Shown here in pieces: positions 8,836 to 16,557 of a DNA stretch of 64,000 nt. Numbering within the stretch: the first letter of the stretch is position 1; each line of letters starts with the position of its first letter. Position numbers and translations under genes: made by a program. The stretch lies in IMG/VR virus record IMGVR_UViG_3300025141_000016, positions 124,001-188,000 of that record, one strand, 5' to 3'. The notes beneath the pieces are model-generated. The model worked only from the letters and a program-made list of their open reading frames with translations. It did not search any database and was not told where the DNA came from.

Positions 8836-9412
8836 ACGGTAGAATCCTACGCTTCCACAGGTACAGGCGAAGACGGGTCTTTCCCTTCCAGCCCATACGA
8901 CAAGTGAGGTTGTAGAGCCGTTGGGTATCTCGGGCATCTTTGAGGGCGGTGTGTGCCCCTTCCTTTCCCCATCCGAGGAAGTCGCGGATCGGGTCTAACC
9001 CCAACCGAGGAAGCCCCAAGGGGGTCAGATGCTCATGGGCGAGAGTCACGGTATCTACCTTGTGGTAGGGAACACGCTTCTGGAATCCAGCCCGTTTCAG
9101 GTTGGAGTTGATCATCTCCTCGTCAAAGGAGACGTTGTGACCGCACAGCGCACTTCCTTTGAGGAAGGCCAAGAGGTCAACCCCCACTTCCTTCATGGTG
9201 GGGGCATCCTCCCATCGTTCGGGGGCAGCGGCGTACCCATTGATTTCCAGTGCTTTGGGATGGGCTGTGTGGATGTGCTCCGGGCGGATGAGAGTGTGGA
9301 AGACACGCTCGTTCCCCCCTTCCACCCGGATAGCAGCGACTTCGATGACCTCGGCTACGGAAGAATCGAGCCCGGTGGTTTCAGTGTCTATGAACGTAAT
9401 GGCCTTTATCAA
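8813..9412 (-). CDS. DEDDh 3'-5' exonuclease (DnaQ/PolIII-epsilon-like)
   Basis: ExoI FIDTETTGLD, ExoII GHNVSFDEEM, ExoIII HTALKDA; start re-chosen as TTG at 9412 behind AGGAGG. Confidence 0.9.
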   Translation of the reverse strand: MIKAITFIDTETTGLDSSVAEVIEVAAIRVEGGNERVFHTLIRPEHIHTAHPKALEINGYAAAPERWEDAPTMKEVGVDLLAFLKGSALCGHNVSFDEEMINSNLKRAGFQKRVPYHKVDTVTLAHEHLTPLGLPRLGLDPIRDFLGWGKEGAHTALKDARDTQRLYNLTCRMGWKGKTRLRLYLWKRRILPFSPHTLA

Positions 9413-9541
9413 GAACCCTCCTGTGTTCCTTATTACACGAAAAGCCTCGCCCACGGACCCCCCCTTGCAAGGCTCCCTGTGGGGGTTGGGGGGTTGGAGT
9501 TGGCGCACAGCGGGTAAAGAGGGAGAGGGAGAGGAGTATCC

Positions 9542-10087
9542 TTGACTCGGAAAATGAAACCCATCGAGATCCCAGTACCAGGGACGATCAGGGAGGCTGT
9601 GTTCTCCGTGGCCGTTCCTATTGGCGATGGCACGTTCACGACCGTAGGCACCCTGATTGAAGAAGCGCAGCGTGCGTTGGGCAGAGCGAACGAAGTCCTC
9701 TCCACCAACGCCCTGGTTGCCCTTGCAGCCCAGGACATGGCCCGCCAGTATCGGCGCAGAGGACACTCTTCCATCTCCATCCGTGCTGACGGTGAAGTGG
9801 TGTTTCGGGTTCAGTACACGGACCCCCAGGATCCCCTTCCCCCCGAGCCTCCGAGTGCTCCTGGGGGTGCGGGCCTCCCTCTCCTCTCGGCCTTGCGTGA
9901 GAGGGCGGGCGAGTTGGGGGTAGACATTTCCGACCTGGGTCGCCAGAAGCGCAAGATCATGCGGAGGTTGGCGGAAGCCTCTCTCCCCCCAGACTCCCCA
10001 AAGACAATGGAAGAACCCCCCCCACGACTACGGGATGAGGTCACGACAAGCACTCCCCTCCACACGACGAAGTTGCCCGGTCGGTAG
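9542..10087 (+). CDS. Hypothetical protein
   Basis: TTG start with strong GAGGAG RBS; 181 aa. Confidence 0.65.
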   Translation: MTRKMKPIEIPVPGTIREAVFSVAVPIGDGTFTTVGTLIEEAQRALGRANEVLSTNALVALAAQDMARQYRRRGHSSISIRADGEVVFRVQYTDPQDPLPPEPPSAPGGAGLPLLSALRERAGELGVDISDLGRQKRKIMRRLAEASLPPDSPKTMEEPPPRLRDEVTTSTPLHTTKLPGR

Positions 10088-10097
10088 TACGTCTATG
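10083..10097 (+). promoter_or_regulatory. Putative late-promoter motif GGTA-N6-CTATG
   Basis: Exact-spacing match, 22 nt upstream of ATG 10120. Confidence 0.5.
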
Positions 10098-10119
10098 GGA
10101 ATCAACAGGGGGAGTCACT

Positions 10120-10494
10120 ATGTCTGAATATGGCTATTGGAACTATGGGGGGAAGAACGGGCTGGAAGGCGCGGAGTCCACCATCGAAGAACTCCCCGAC
10201 GGGACCGAATGGTTGAAGAAAGACCCAGATCACCCGTGCGTATTGGAGGATGAGTTCATCTTGTTCGCCGTGCGAAACGACCATCAAGCCCTCACCCAGT
10301 TCCACCAACTGCTACCCACCATGGATGCTGTGAGCCAAGAGCGACTACAAGGTCTTCTGGCGAGGCACCCCGCTTCTTTTCAACCTCGTCCTGATGAGAC
10401 GACCACTTCCGACAACATCCAGCGTAAGGAAGCCCAAGCGGGCCTCCATGTGGATCTCAAACGCCTACAAAGTGGTGTCAACCGACACCGATAG
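10120..10494 (+). CDS. Hypothetical protein
   Basis: RBS GGGGGAG; 124 aa. Confidence 0.7.
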   Translation: MSEYGYWNYGGKNGLEGAESTIEELPDGTEWLKKDPDHPCVLEDEFILFAVRNDHQALTQFHQLLPTMDAVSQERLQGLLARHPASFQPRPDETTTSDNIQRKEAQAGLHVDLKRLQSGVNRHR

Positions 10495-10502
10495 GAGCAA
10501 TC

Positions 10503-10775
10503 ATGGCCCGTATCCCGTCAGTCACAATGTCCCGGCCCAGCCGGGTTTCCCGTATCCGCCCAACGGCAGCACCGGCTCCCGCAGCAGCACCGGCTCCCGC
10601 TCCGGCAGCAGCAGCACCGGCTCCCGCTCCCGCTCCGGCAGCACCGGCAGCCGAGCAGTTGACCATGGCCAACACCAAGGCCGAACTGACCGCCGCAGCC
10701 GAAGCCGCTGGGATCGATGTGGGTTCTTCGGACACCAAGGCCCAGATCCTTGCAGCCCTCTACCCGGACTCCTAA
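10503..10775 (+). CDS. Small protein: Ala/Pro linker plus C-terminal HeH/LEM (Rho-N-like) helical domain
   Basis: RBS AGGAG; APAAAPAPA repeats, then TKAELTAAAEAAGIDVGSSDTKAQILAAL. Confidence 0.65.
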   Translation: MARIPSVTMSRPSRVSRIRPTAAPAPAAAPAPAPAAAAPAPAPAPAAPAAEQLTMANTKAELTAAAEAAGIDVGSSDTKAQILAALYPDS

Positions 10776-10787
10776 TCGGAGGAGTCC

Positions 10788-11207
10788 GTGCCCTTGATGC
10801 GGATAGACCTATACTCCGTGGACCAGGGTTATGGCTTCTGCCTCCCACTCCAGGGGGACAGCCCCCGTGTGTTCTTCCGGGTCGAGGACTTCACGCGGTT
10901 GAAGGCGGGTGGCCCACTCCCTATCAGTGGGGAAGAGGTAGAAGTTCCCGAAGTGATCGAGGGTAGCCCGTCTCCACGAGCCAGGACAGTTCTGCGGGTC
11001 ACGGAGCCCCTACTTCTACGCGGACGGGTAAGGTCTTTCGACTCCAATAAGGGATGGGGGTTTGTTGAGGTTGGCTCGGAGGTCTACTTCCTCCATCGGA
11101 GTGACCTTCAAGAGCCTTTCCTCCCGGTGATCGGAACCACTATCTCATTCTACGCTGGCTCACGGCGGCAACGACCTCGCGCCTGCTACGTCCATCGAGA
11201 CGGGTAG
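10788..11207 (+). CDS. Tandem cold-shock-domain (OB-fold) nucleic-acid-binding protein
   Basis: GTG behind GGAGGAG; two RNP1/RNP2-like sets (GYGF..VFFRVEDF; KGWGFV..YFLHRSDL). Confidence 0.8.
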   Translation: MPLMRIDLYSVDQGYGFCLPLQGDSPRVFFRVEDFTRLKAGGPLPISGEEVEVPEVIEGSPSPRARTVLRVTEPLLLRGRVRSFDSNKGWGFVEVGSEVYFLHRSDLQEPFLPVIGTTISFYAGSRRQRPRACYVHRDG

Positions 11208-11229
11208 GGTGTACAAAGAGGGAGATCCC

Positions 11230-11907
11230 ATGAAAGAACAAAACCCATTCGGCGGCTTGGCAACCAGCCTCTACACCCCCATGTCCGAAGACGAGCAGGA
11301 AGTCCTGTCCCGGTTGAAAGCCGCCAACGACTTTCGGATCATCGTGAAGGGGTGGGCTACGATTGACCAGCCCCGAGTGATTGTGGGCGATCTGCGCCTT
11401 GCACTCCACTTCCGGCTGAACATTACGAAGCCGGAAATCCCTGTGCCTGTCCATTTCTTCGACCTTGAACTCCGCACGGGGGCCGGGATCCTCTTGTTCA
11501 AGGAACGGCAATCAGTCGTTTACGACGGGAAGCCCATCATGGTGGGGGACGGGTTGTTCTTCGACATGGCCTGGGACATAGCCATCACAGCCATGGACCC
11601 GAAGCTGGTGAAGATGCTCAAACCCGGAGCCACCGGATTGACCTCTCGTTGGACAGACCGGGACACCGGGGACCTGACTGTGCTCGGCAACACTCGCATG
11701 ACCTCCGAGCAACGCCAGTTGGTCCACAAACTACGGAGCGGCGAAGCGGGAAGTCGCCAAGACACCCAACGACAAGTAGCAAAGGCGACTGCCCAGGCAA
11801 AGGGGCCAAAGGCCACGGAAGGGGTAGTAACGCTTGGGCAGGGGAACGCAGAGGCGGAATCCGTGGCGGGCACGACGGTAGAGGTTCACCGACACACTGA
11901 CAAGTAG
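11230..11907 (+). CDS. Hypothetical protein
   Basis: ATG behind GAGGGAG; protein-like composition. Confidence 0.75.
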   Translation: MKEQNPFGGLATSLYTPMSEDEQEVLSRLKAANDFRIIVKGWATIDQPRVIVGDLRLALHFRLNITKPEIPVPVHFFDLELRTGAGILLFKERQSVVYDGKPIMVGDGLFFDMAWDIAITAMDPKLVKMLKPGATGLTSRWTDRDTGDLTVLGNTRMTSEQRQLVHKLRSGEAGSRQDTQRQVAKATAQAKGPKATEGVVTLGQGNAEAESVAGTTVEVHRHTDK

Positions 11908-11908
11908 G

Positions 11909-12082
11909 TCAGTGCCAGACAGACCCCACACAGGGGTTGCCTCCCCAACAGCGCAAAAGCAACTCCCATGCCTCTACGGGCAGCGATTTTGCATGGCGTT
12001 GGGCCAGGATCATCAGGTAGATGGTGATTTCTCGTGAGCCCAACCCTACAAGGTTACGGCTGGCGGTCCATTCTGAAAGCAT
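11909..12082 (-). CDS. Small hypothetical protein (57 aa)
   Basis: Strong GGAGGT RBS 4 nt before ATG. Confidence 0.45.
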   Translation of the reverse strand: MLSEWTASRNLVGLGSREITIYLMILAQRHAKSLPVEAWELLLRCWGGNPCVGSVWH

Positions 12083-12120
12083 GGTTACCTCCACGTCGAG
12101 GATACCTCTAAACCCCCCCA

Positions 12121-12149
12121 GCCCGAAAGTAAATCCTTCACTTTCGGGC
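12121..12149. terminator. Perfect 10-bp inverted repeat GCCCGAAAGT-N9-ACTTTCGGGC
   Basis: Lies just downstream of the minus-strand Hc1-like gene; no U-tract, so it could instead be an operator. Confidence 0.4.
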
Positions 12150-12192
12150 CAAAGGGTTCAACTTTCACTTCTCATAGGACCATTACCGAGGT

Positions 12193-12606
12193 TCAGCCCT
12201 TACGAGCCTCCAGAACGGCTTTGCGAAGTTCGGACAAGTCCTTCCCCGCTCGTGTGGCGACTTTACGGAGCCGGGTGCCGGGACTTCCGGCCTTTCCGCT
12301 GTCTACCTTTTCAGCGTCCTCGACGGCGGCCTGGAGGTGGTGGATGATCTCGTTCAACTTATCGGTGATGCTCATGGGGCACTCTCTCTGGTAATAGGGC
12401 GAAAGCCCCGGTTTTGGGATCGGGTTGGTCCGAATGACCTCGGTGCGGTAATCGCGTGCCGTGGCATACGGTTCCTCGTTGCTGCCGATCATACCCTCCA
12501 ACCACTCGGAAGCAGCGGTGAGAGCCGCTTCCAAGCCGATGTAGGTGCAGGGGAGTTCCCCTGACGTGCTCTCGGTGCTCCACACGATCTTGTAGGTAGG
12601 GGTCAC
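12193..12606 (-). CDS. Histone H1-like Hc1-family small protein (ATG 12375, 60 aa), in frame with a 77-aa upstream extension from GTG 12606
   Basis: AEKVDSGKAGSPGTRLRKVATRAGKDLSELRKAVLE resembles the Hc1-family pattern EKF..GNKAAGTR.RK....K..A..LR. Confidence 0.6.
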   Translation of the reverse strand: MTPTYKIVWSTESTSGELPCTYIGLEAALTAASEWLEGMIGSNEEPYATARDYRTEVIRTNPIPKPGLSPYYQRECPMSITDKLNEIIHHLQAAVEDAEKVDSGKAGSPGTRLRKVATRAGKDLSELRKAVLEARKG

Positions 12607-12917
12607 TCCTCCCCCCTGATCAGGTGCTCCAATCCGAACTGGCGAGCAAGGTCGTTTGCGAGCCCCCGTACATGGGTGACAAGAAGTTCAGCCTCGTACT
12701 GTGTCTCGGGAGGTCGGAGGGGAAGGCTCTCTCCCCCTCGACGGCGAGCCTCCAGATCAACGACCAAGGCGTTCCACCCGTACACCTCTGGACCCCAGAT
12801 GACTTCAACATAAGCCAGGGGTTCGGTGTCGAGGTCCGGGGCTCCCGGCTTCCCTTCCAGGGCGAGTCGGATGCGGTGTTGGTCGAGATCAACTACTTTG
12901 GGGGGATCGTCGCTCAT
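12603..12917 (-). CDS. Hypothetical protein
   Basis: 104-aa ORF; its stop overlaps the next GTG (GTGA). Confidence 0.7.
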   Translation of the reverse strand: MSDDPPKVVDLDQHRIRLALEGKPGAPDLDTEPLAYVEVIWGPEVYGWNALVVDLEARRRGGESLPLRPPETQYEAELLVTHVRGLANDLARQFGLEHLIRGEE

Positions 12918-12925
12918 GGGGAAGT

Positions 12926-13207
12926 CTACCCGCGTGGGGCAGCGAGCCCGAGTCTGCGGTGGAGAGATTGGAGTTCACGGAGGCCATTCCCATCCGCGAT
13001 AAGGCCACCCAAACGCTTCAACAACGCGAGGGCCTTGTCGGCATCGAGGGGCTTGCTCTCCTTTTCCAGCAAGCCATCCCGCTGGTAAAGAGTGGTGCCG
13101 GGAGAGTAGCCGTCCCCGTCACAGGGATGGACACAGAAGGCCACGCGCCCTTCCGGGCCTTCGACCTCAAATCCCACGCAGTCACAATCGTAGACGCGAA
13201 ACTCCAT
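12926..13207 (-). CDS. Hypothetical Cys-containing protein
   Basis: ATG 13207 behind GGGAGG. Confidence 0.65.
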   Translation of the reverse strand: MEFRVYDCDCVGFEVEGPEGRVAFCVHPCDGDGYSPGTTLYQRDGLLEKESKPLDADKALALLKRLGGLIADGNGLRELQSLHRRLGLAAPRG

Positions 13208-13288
13208 GTGTGGCCTCCCTATGTGTGGCACCAAGGTTTACCCGAAAGGACACGGAACCGACCCCCCCTCCCAAAAAAATCTCCCGAG

Positions 13289-13322
13289 GGGGGTTCAACT
13301 CCCCCTGGTATCTCCGTATGTG
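13289..13322 (+). promoter_or_regulatory. Repeated early-type promoter GGGGG-TTCAAC-N17-TATGTG with hairpin
   Basis: One of five copies (others at 53.67, 54.48, 54.97 and 55.59 kb on the minus strand); preceded by an A7 tract; upstream of gene 13371. Confidence 0.75.
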
Positions 13323-13370
13323 CGTGTACCCCCAATCCTGCGCCCCACCGAGGGGCCAACCGGAGAAGCC

Positions 13371-13637
13371 ATGTCACCCTCTTTCACTGTTGCCCCTGAC
13401 GGCACCGTCACCCCGTACCCACCCGCGAACGGCACCCACTTCACCCTTGAAGAGATGCAAACAGCGGTGGGCGGCTACGTTCAAACCGTCGGGATGGCTG
13501 ATGGTCGCTTGATGATCGTCCACGAGGACGGTCTTCTCATTGGACTCCCGCGCAACGCGATGGCATCGGCTCACTACGGCGAAGGCGCGAACATCGTTGG
13601 CACCATCCTCGTATGCCCGAGTTCGATGCTTCGGTAG
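13371..13637 (+). CDS. DUF3846-like phage protein
   Basis: FTLEEMQTAVGGYVQTV..MIVHEDGLLIGLPRNAMAS..IVGTILV pattern; RBS GGAG. Confidence 0.75.
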   Translation: MSPSFTVAPDGTVTPYPPANGTHFTLEEMQTAVGGYVQTVGMADGRLMIVHEDGLLIGLPRNAMASAHYGEGANIVGTILVCPSSMLR

Positions 13638-13652
13638 GTGCGTCAGGTCACT

Positions 13653-13672
13653 GACCCCGAGGGGGGTCTTTC
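13653..13672 (+). terminator. Rho-independent terminator
   Basis: GACCCC-GAGG-GGGGTC followed by TTTC, 15 nt after the stop. Confidence 0.6.
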
Positions 13673-13807
13673 ATCGTGCAGCACCGGTATAGGGCACACC
13701 CCGGACTGCTGTGCTGATCGCCAACTGTCAGAAATATGAGTTTTTCGTGTCCGATTTCCACCCATCACGTCGTTCACACAAGTAGCAACCCCCAGGAGTC
13801 TTCTCTC

Positions 13808-14731
13808 ATGCACGTTCTTCACGCACCCACAGCCGACCTCGCCCGTTCCATCGTACTGCCTGTCCTCACCGTCGAGGCCGAGTACGGTTCCTACGTCTGC
13901 GAAGGTCGCTTCTACACGGCAGCGCACCACCAAGGGGAAGGCCCCTTTGCGGGTCGCCACCTCCCCGGCCACGAGGGTACGGGTCGTCCCGCGCCCTGTA
14001 ACGACGACGGAATCACCATGATTGGTGAGGAAGACGTGGTTGTGGTTTCCCACATCGACCTCGACACCCTGGGCGGCTGTCTCCGTGCCACGGGTCGCCA
14101 CAACTCCCTCTTTGCAGGTGAGTTCGGCTCCTTTTGGGAGTTGGCCGAGTTCGTGGACGTGACCGGTCCTCACCACATGGCTCCTGATCACCCCGAGGCC
14201 CCACGCCTCCGAGCAGTCTGGGCGTGGCTCCAAGAGCACCGTCCCCGCTACCCTCGCGACGAGATCGTGGAAGTCACGGACCTCGTGTTGGCATTCGGTG
14301 ACGTTCTCCAGGCCATCCTCGCCGGGAACGAGGACTTCCTCGCCGCAGGTCAGGCGATGGCGGATGCGGAAGATACTCTCAACGAGGCTTCCTTCCGTTC
14401 CACCACGGATCCCGTGTGCGATGCGTACATCGTGGCGCGTGAGGCAGGTCAGTTCGTCAACCACCTCTACCGCACCCCCACAGGCATCGTCGGCTCCGCT
14501 GTCGTCGCTCTCAACACCACGATGAACAGCGTCACGGTTTCCCTGGCGAACCCCATCGAGGGTGTGAACTGTTGCGATCTGGTCCAGTCCCTCTGGGGTC
14601 CAGAAGCGGGGGGCCACGCAGGTATCGCTGGGTCGCCCCGTGGTCAGGTCATGGGATGGACTGACGTGGAAGAACTGTGTGGTGCCGTCCACGGCGCTCT
14701 CCGCGCAACCCTCAACCCCCGAGAGGCATGA
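13808..14731 (+). CDS. DHH/DHHA1-like phosphoesterase-family protein
   Basis: SHIDLDTLGG, DVTGPHH and C-terminal GGHAGIAGS (DHHA1-like); RBS AGGAG. Confidence 0.6.
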   Translation: MHVLHAPTADLARSIVLPVLTVEAEYGSYVCEGRFYTAAHHQGEGPFAGRHLPGHEGTGRPAPCNDDGITMIGEEDVVVVSHIDLDTLGGCLRATGRHNSLFAGEFGSFWELAEFVDVTGPHHMAPDHPEAPRLRAVWAWLQEHRPRYPRDEIVEVTDLVLAFGDVLQAILAGNEDFLAAGQAMADAEDTLNEASFRSTTDPVCDAYIVAREAGQFVNHLYRTPTGIVGSAVVALNTTMNSVTVSLANPIEGVNCCDLVQSLWGPEAGGHAGIAGSPRGQVMGWTDVEELCGAVHGALRATLNPREA

Positions 14732-15219
14732 TGAAAACTATCCTCAAACGCTGCACTATGACCGACGATGGGGACTTCCACGGGCACTCTTGCGAGAAGT
14801 GCGACCACGAAGTGGGGGGGAACGGTCCTGACCCTTACGTCCTCACGGACGATGAGTCCATCGTATGTGTGGTCTGCGCGTTGGGGGCACCGGAAAAACC
14901 CGTCTTCATCCTCGACCCAGCGACAACCCACGAAGAGGACACCGTAGATAAAGTCCTCACGGCTGGGTTGTGGGAACACTCCTACCTCACAGGACTCCGT
15001 GCGGCCCAGGCAGACCCCGAGTACCAAGAAGCCCAGCGCCGATGGTTCAACCTGGGCCGCGCCAGGAATGGGGAGCCCCTGGAAGGGGAGGGTGTCTGGG
15101 ACGAGGACACCGAAGGGCCGTTCTGGAGATGGTGTGACCGGCACCATCGTCCTTTCCTGATGGCTGCGTTCAAGTCCCTGTGTGACCAACTCATGGCCCC
15201 GGAGACTGCCGAGCCCTGA
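14728..15219 (+). CDS. Hypothetical protein with CxxC pairs
   Basis: ATGA overlap; CEKC, CVVC. Confidence 0.7.
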   Translation: MMKTILKRCTMTDDGDFHGHSCEKCDHEVGGNGPDPYVLTDDESIVCVVCALGAPEKPVFILDPATTHEEDTVDKVLTAGLWEHSYLTGLRAAQADPEYQEAQRRWFNLGRARNGEPLEGEGVWDEDTEGPFWRWCDRHHRPFLMAAFKSLCDQLMAPETAEP

Positions 15220-15251
15220 TTCACCACCCCAGCCCCTTCACTGATCCCGTT

Positions 15252-15292
15252 AGCCCTCCTATCCCCTCTCTGGGGGTAGGAGGGCTTTTCTT
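15252..15292 (+). terminator. 15-bp hairpin terminator overlapping the nuclease RBS
   Basis: AGCCCTCCTATCCCC-TCTCT-GGGGGTAGGAGGGCT (one G.U pair) followed by TTTCTT. Confidence 0.8.
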
Positions 15293-15294
15293 GT

Positions 15295-15669
15295 ATGGCC
15301 GAGACACCTACCCCATACGTCTACCGAGCCCAGGTCTTGTCGGTCTACGACGGGGACACCATCACGGTGATGATCGACCTGGGGTTGAGCATCAAGGTCA
15401 AAGCCTCTTGTCGGTTACTGGGGATAGACACCCCGGAGATCCGCACCAAGTCCGCTTCCGAGAAGAAACTTGCCTATGAGGCACGAGATCGGTTGCGGGG
15501 GATGGTCCTCGACAAAGAGGTGACCCTGCACTCCGTCGTCAAGCCCGACAAGTATGGCCGACTGACCGTGAAGGTCTGGAGCGACGAGCACGGGTACGTC
15601 AATGGGGTGTTGTTGGACGAGGGGTTAGCCCGCGTCTATGATGGGGGCACCCGCCAACCCTGGGGCTGA
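15295..15669 (+). CDS. Thermonuclease (staphylococcal nuclease-like, SNase)
   Basis: VYDGDTI..RLLGIDTPE..DKYGR..LLDEGLARVYDGG; no signal peptide. Confidence 0.92.
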   Translation: MAETPTPYVYRAQVLSVYDGDTITVMIDLGLSIKVKASCRLLGIDTPEIRTKSASEKKLAYEARDRLRGMVLDKEVTLHSVVKPDKYGRLTVKVWSDEHGYVNGVLLDEGLARVYDGGTRQPWG

Positions 15670-15681
15670 TTCCCCGTTTTC

Positions 15682-15696
15682 GATAGTCCGACTATA
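15682..15696 (+). promoter_or_regulatory. Putative late-promoter motif GATA-N6-CTATA
   Basis: Spacing match; contains the inverted repeat ATAGTC-C-GACTAT; 35 nt upstream of the tail tube start. Confidence 0.5.
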
Positions 15697-15731
15697 CCCA
15701 ACTGTAAGTAGCACCCGACGGAGATTTCATC

Positions 15732-16487
15732 ATGGCCAACACCGACCATTCACCGGGCCTTGGAGTTCAAGGATCCTCACAGATTTACAAGTTCGGAACC
15801 TCACCCAATACCCGGAGTGTGGTGACTCAAAAGGTGCGTGTACTTGCTCCTGCCTACGGCGCTACCAATCCGACACTGTTTCAGATTGGGGTCTTGTCCA
15901 ACTTTGGACCGACCGAGAGCCGTACTATCGAGAACGTGCGCGGAATCGGCTTTGGTGACATCATCGCGGAACTGGTGCCGGGAAATACGGAGCCCATGAC
16001 GGCTTCTATTGAACGCACCATGCTCTACCTATCAAACCTCTGGCAAGCGACGGGCTACGCTTCGGGTGTTAGCGGTCCTGTCCGATCTCTTCGGCATCAC
16101 CGTTGGCCCTTCGACATTGAGCAACAGATTGTGTTCAGTGTCATCGCAGACACAGAGATGGGTGGAGGAACGACCTCCTCAACGGACTTCGGTTCGTATG
16201 GCACCTTGGAATACTCCGGTGCCATCGGAGGTGGCGGCCCCCTTGGAAACGGAAGCGACCCAGGCTCCCACAACATCCTCATCACCTATTACGAAGGTTG
16301 CTGGTGGGGAGACTGGAGCACCGCTTACCAAAAGGACTCCGCTATGGTCATGGAGTCGGGCACGGTGACTATCACCGACGTTCACGACTTCTCCAGCGTC
16401 ACCTACGGTGAGTTCCTGGCAACAGGTAACGACCCGAGCATCGGTGAGTTCTCGTCCAATATCTTTGGGACGACTTTCAGTTCATAG
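15732..16487 (+). CDS. Tail tube protein (gp19-like fold)
   Basis: QIGVLSNF..ESRTIENVRGIG..AELVPG..ITYYEGCWW..SAMVMESGTVTITDV; position ahead of chaperones and tape measure. Confidence 0.7.
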   Translation: MANTDHSPGLGVQGSSQIYKFGTSPNTRSVVTQKVRVLAPAYGATNPTLFQIGVLSNFGPTESRTIENVRGIGFGDIIAELVPGNTEPMTASIERTMLYLSNLWQATGYASGVSGPVRSLRHHRWPFDIEQQIVFSVIADTEMGGGTTSSTDFGSYGTLEYSGAIGGGGPLGNGSDPGSHNILITYYEGCWWGDWSTAYQKDSAMVMESGTVTITDVHDFSSVTYGEFLATGNDPSIGEFSSNIFGTTFSS

Positions 16488-16557
16488 TTCAACGCCCTCT
16501 ACCTCTTGGTAGTCGGGTAGAGTCTTCCGTCGGGTAGTGTACTTTGACGGAGGACTC

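Noticed and set aside
10566-10650. Short tandem DNA repeats (GCAGCACCGGCTCCCGC; also the 12-mer at 7350-7381)
   Set aside because: In-frame low-complexity Ala/Pro linkers; no evidence of phase variation
13260-13325. Possible tRNA gene (GGGGGTTCAACTCCCCC T-arm; also at 53671-53688)
   Set aside because: No D-arm, anticodon arm or pairing acceptor stem upstream, and the end is CCG not CCA; promoter geometry explains it better
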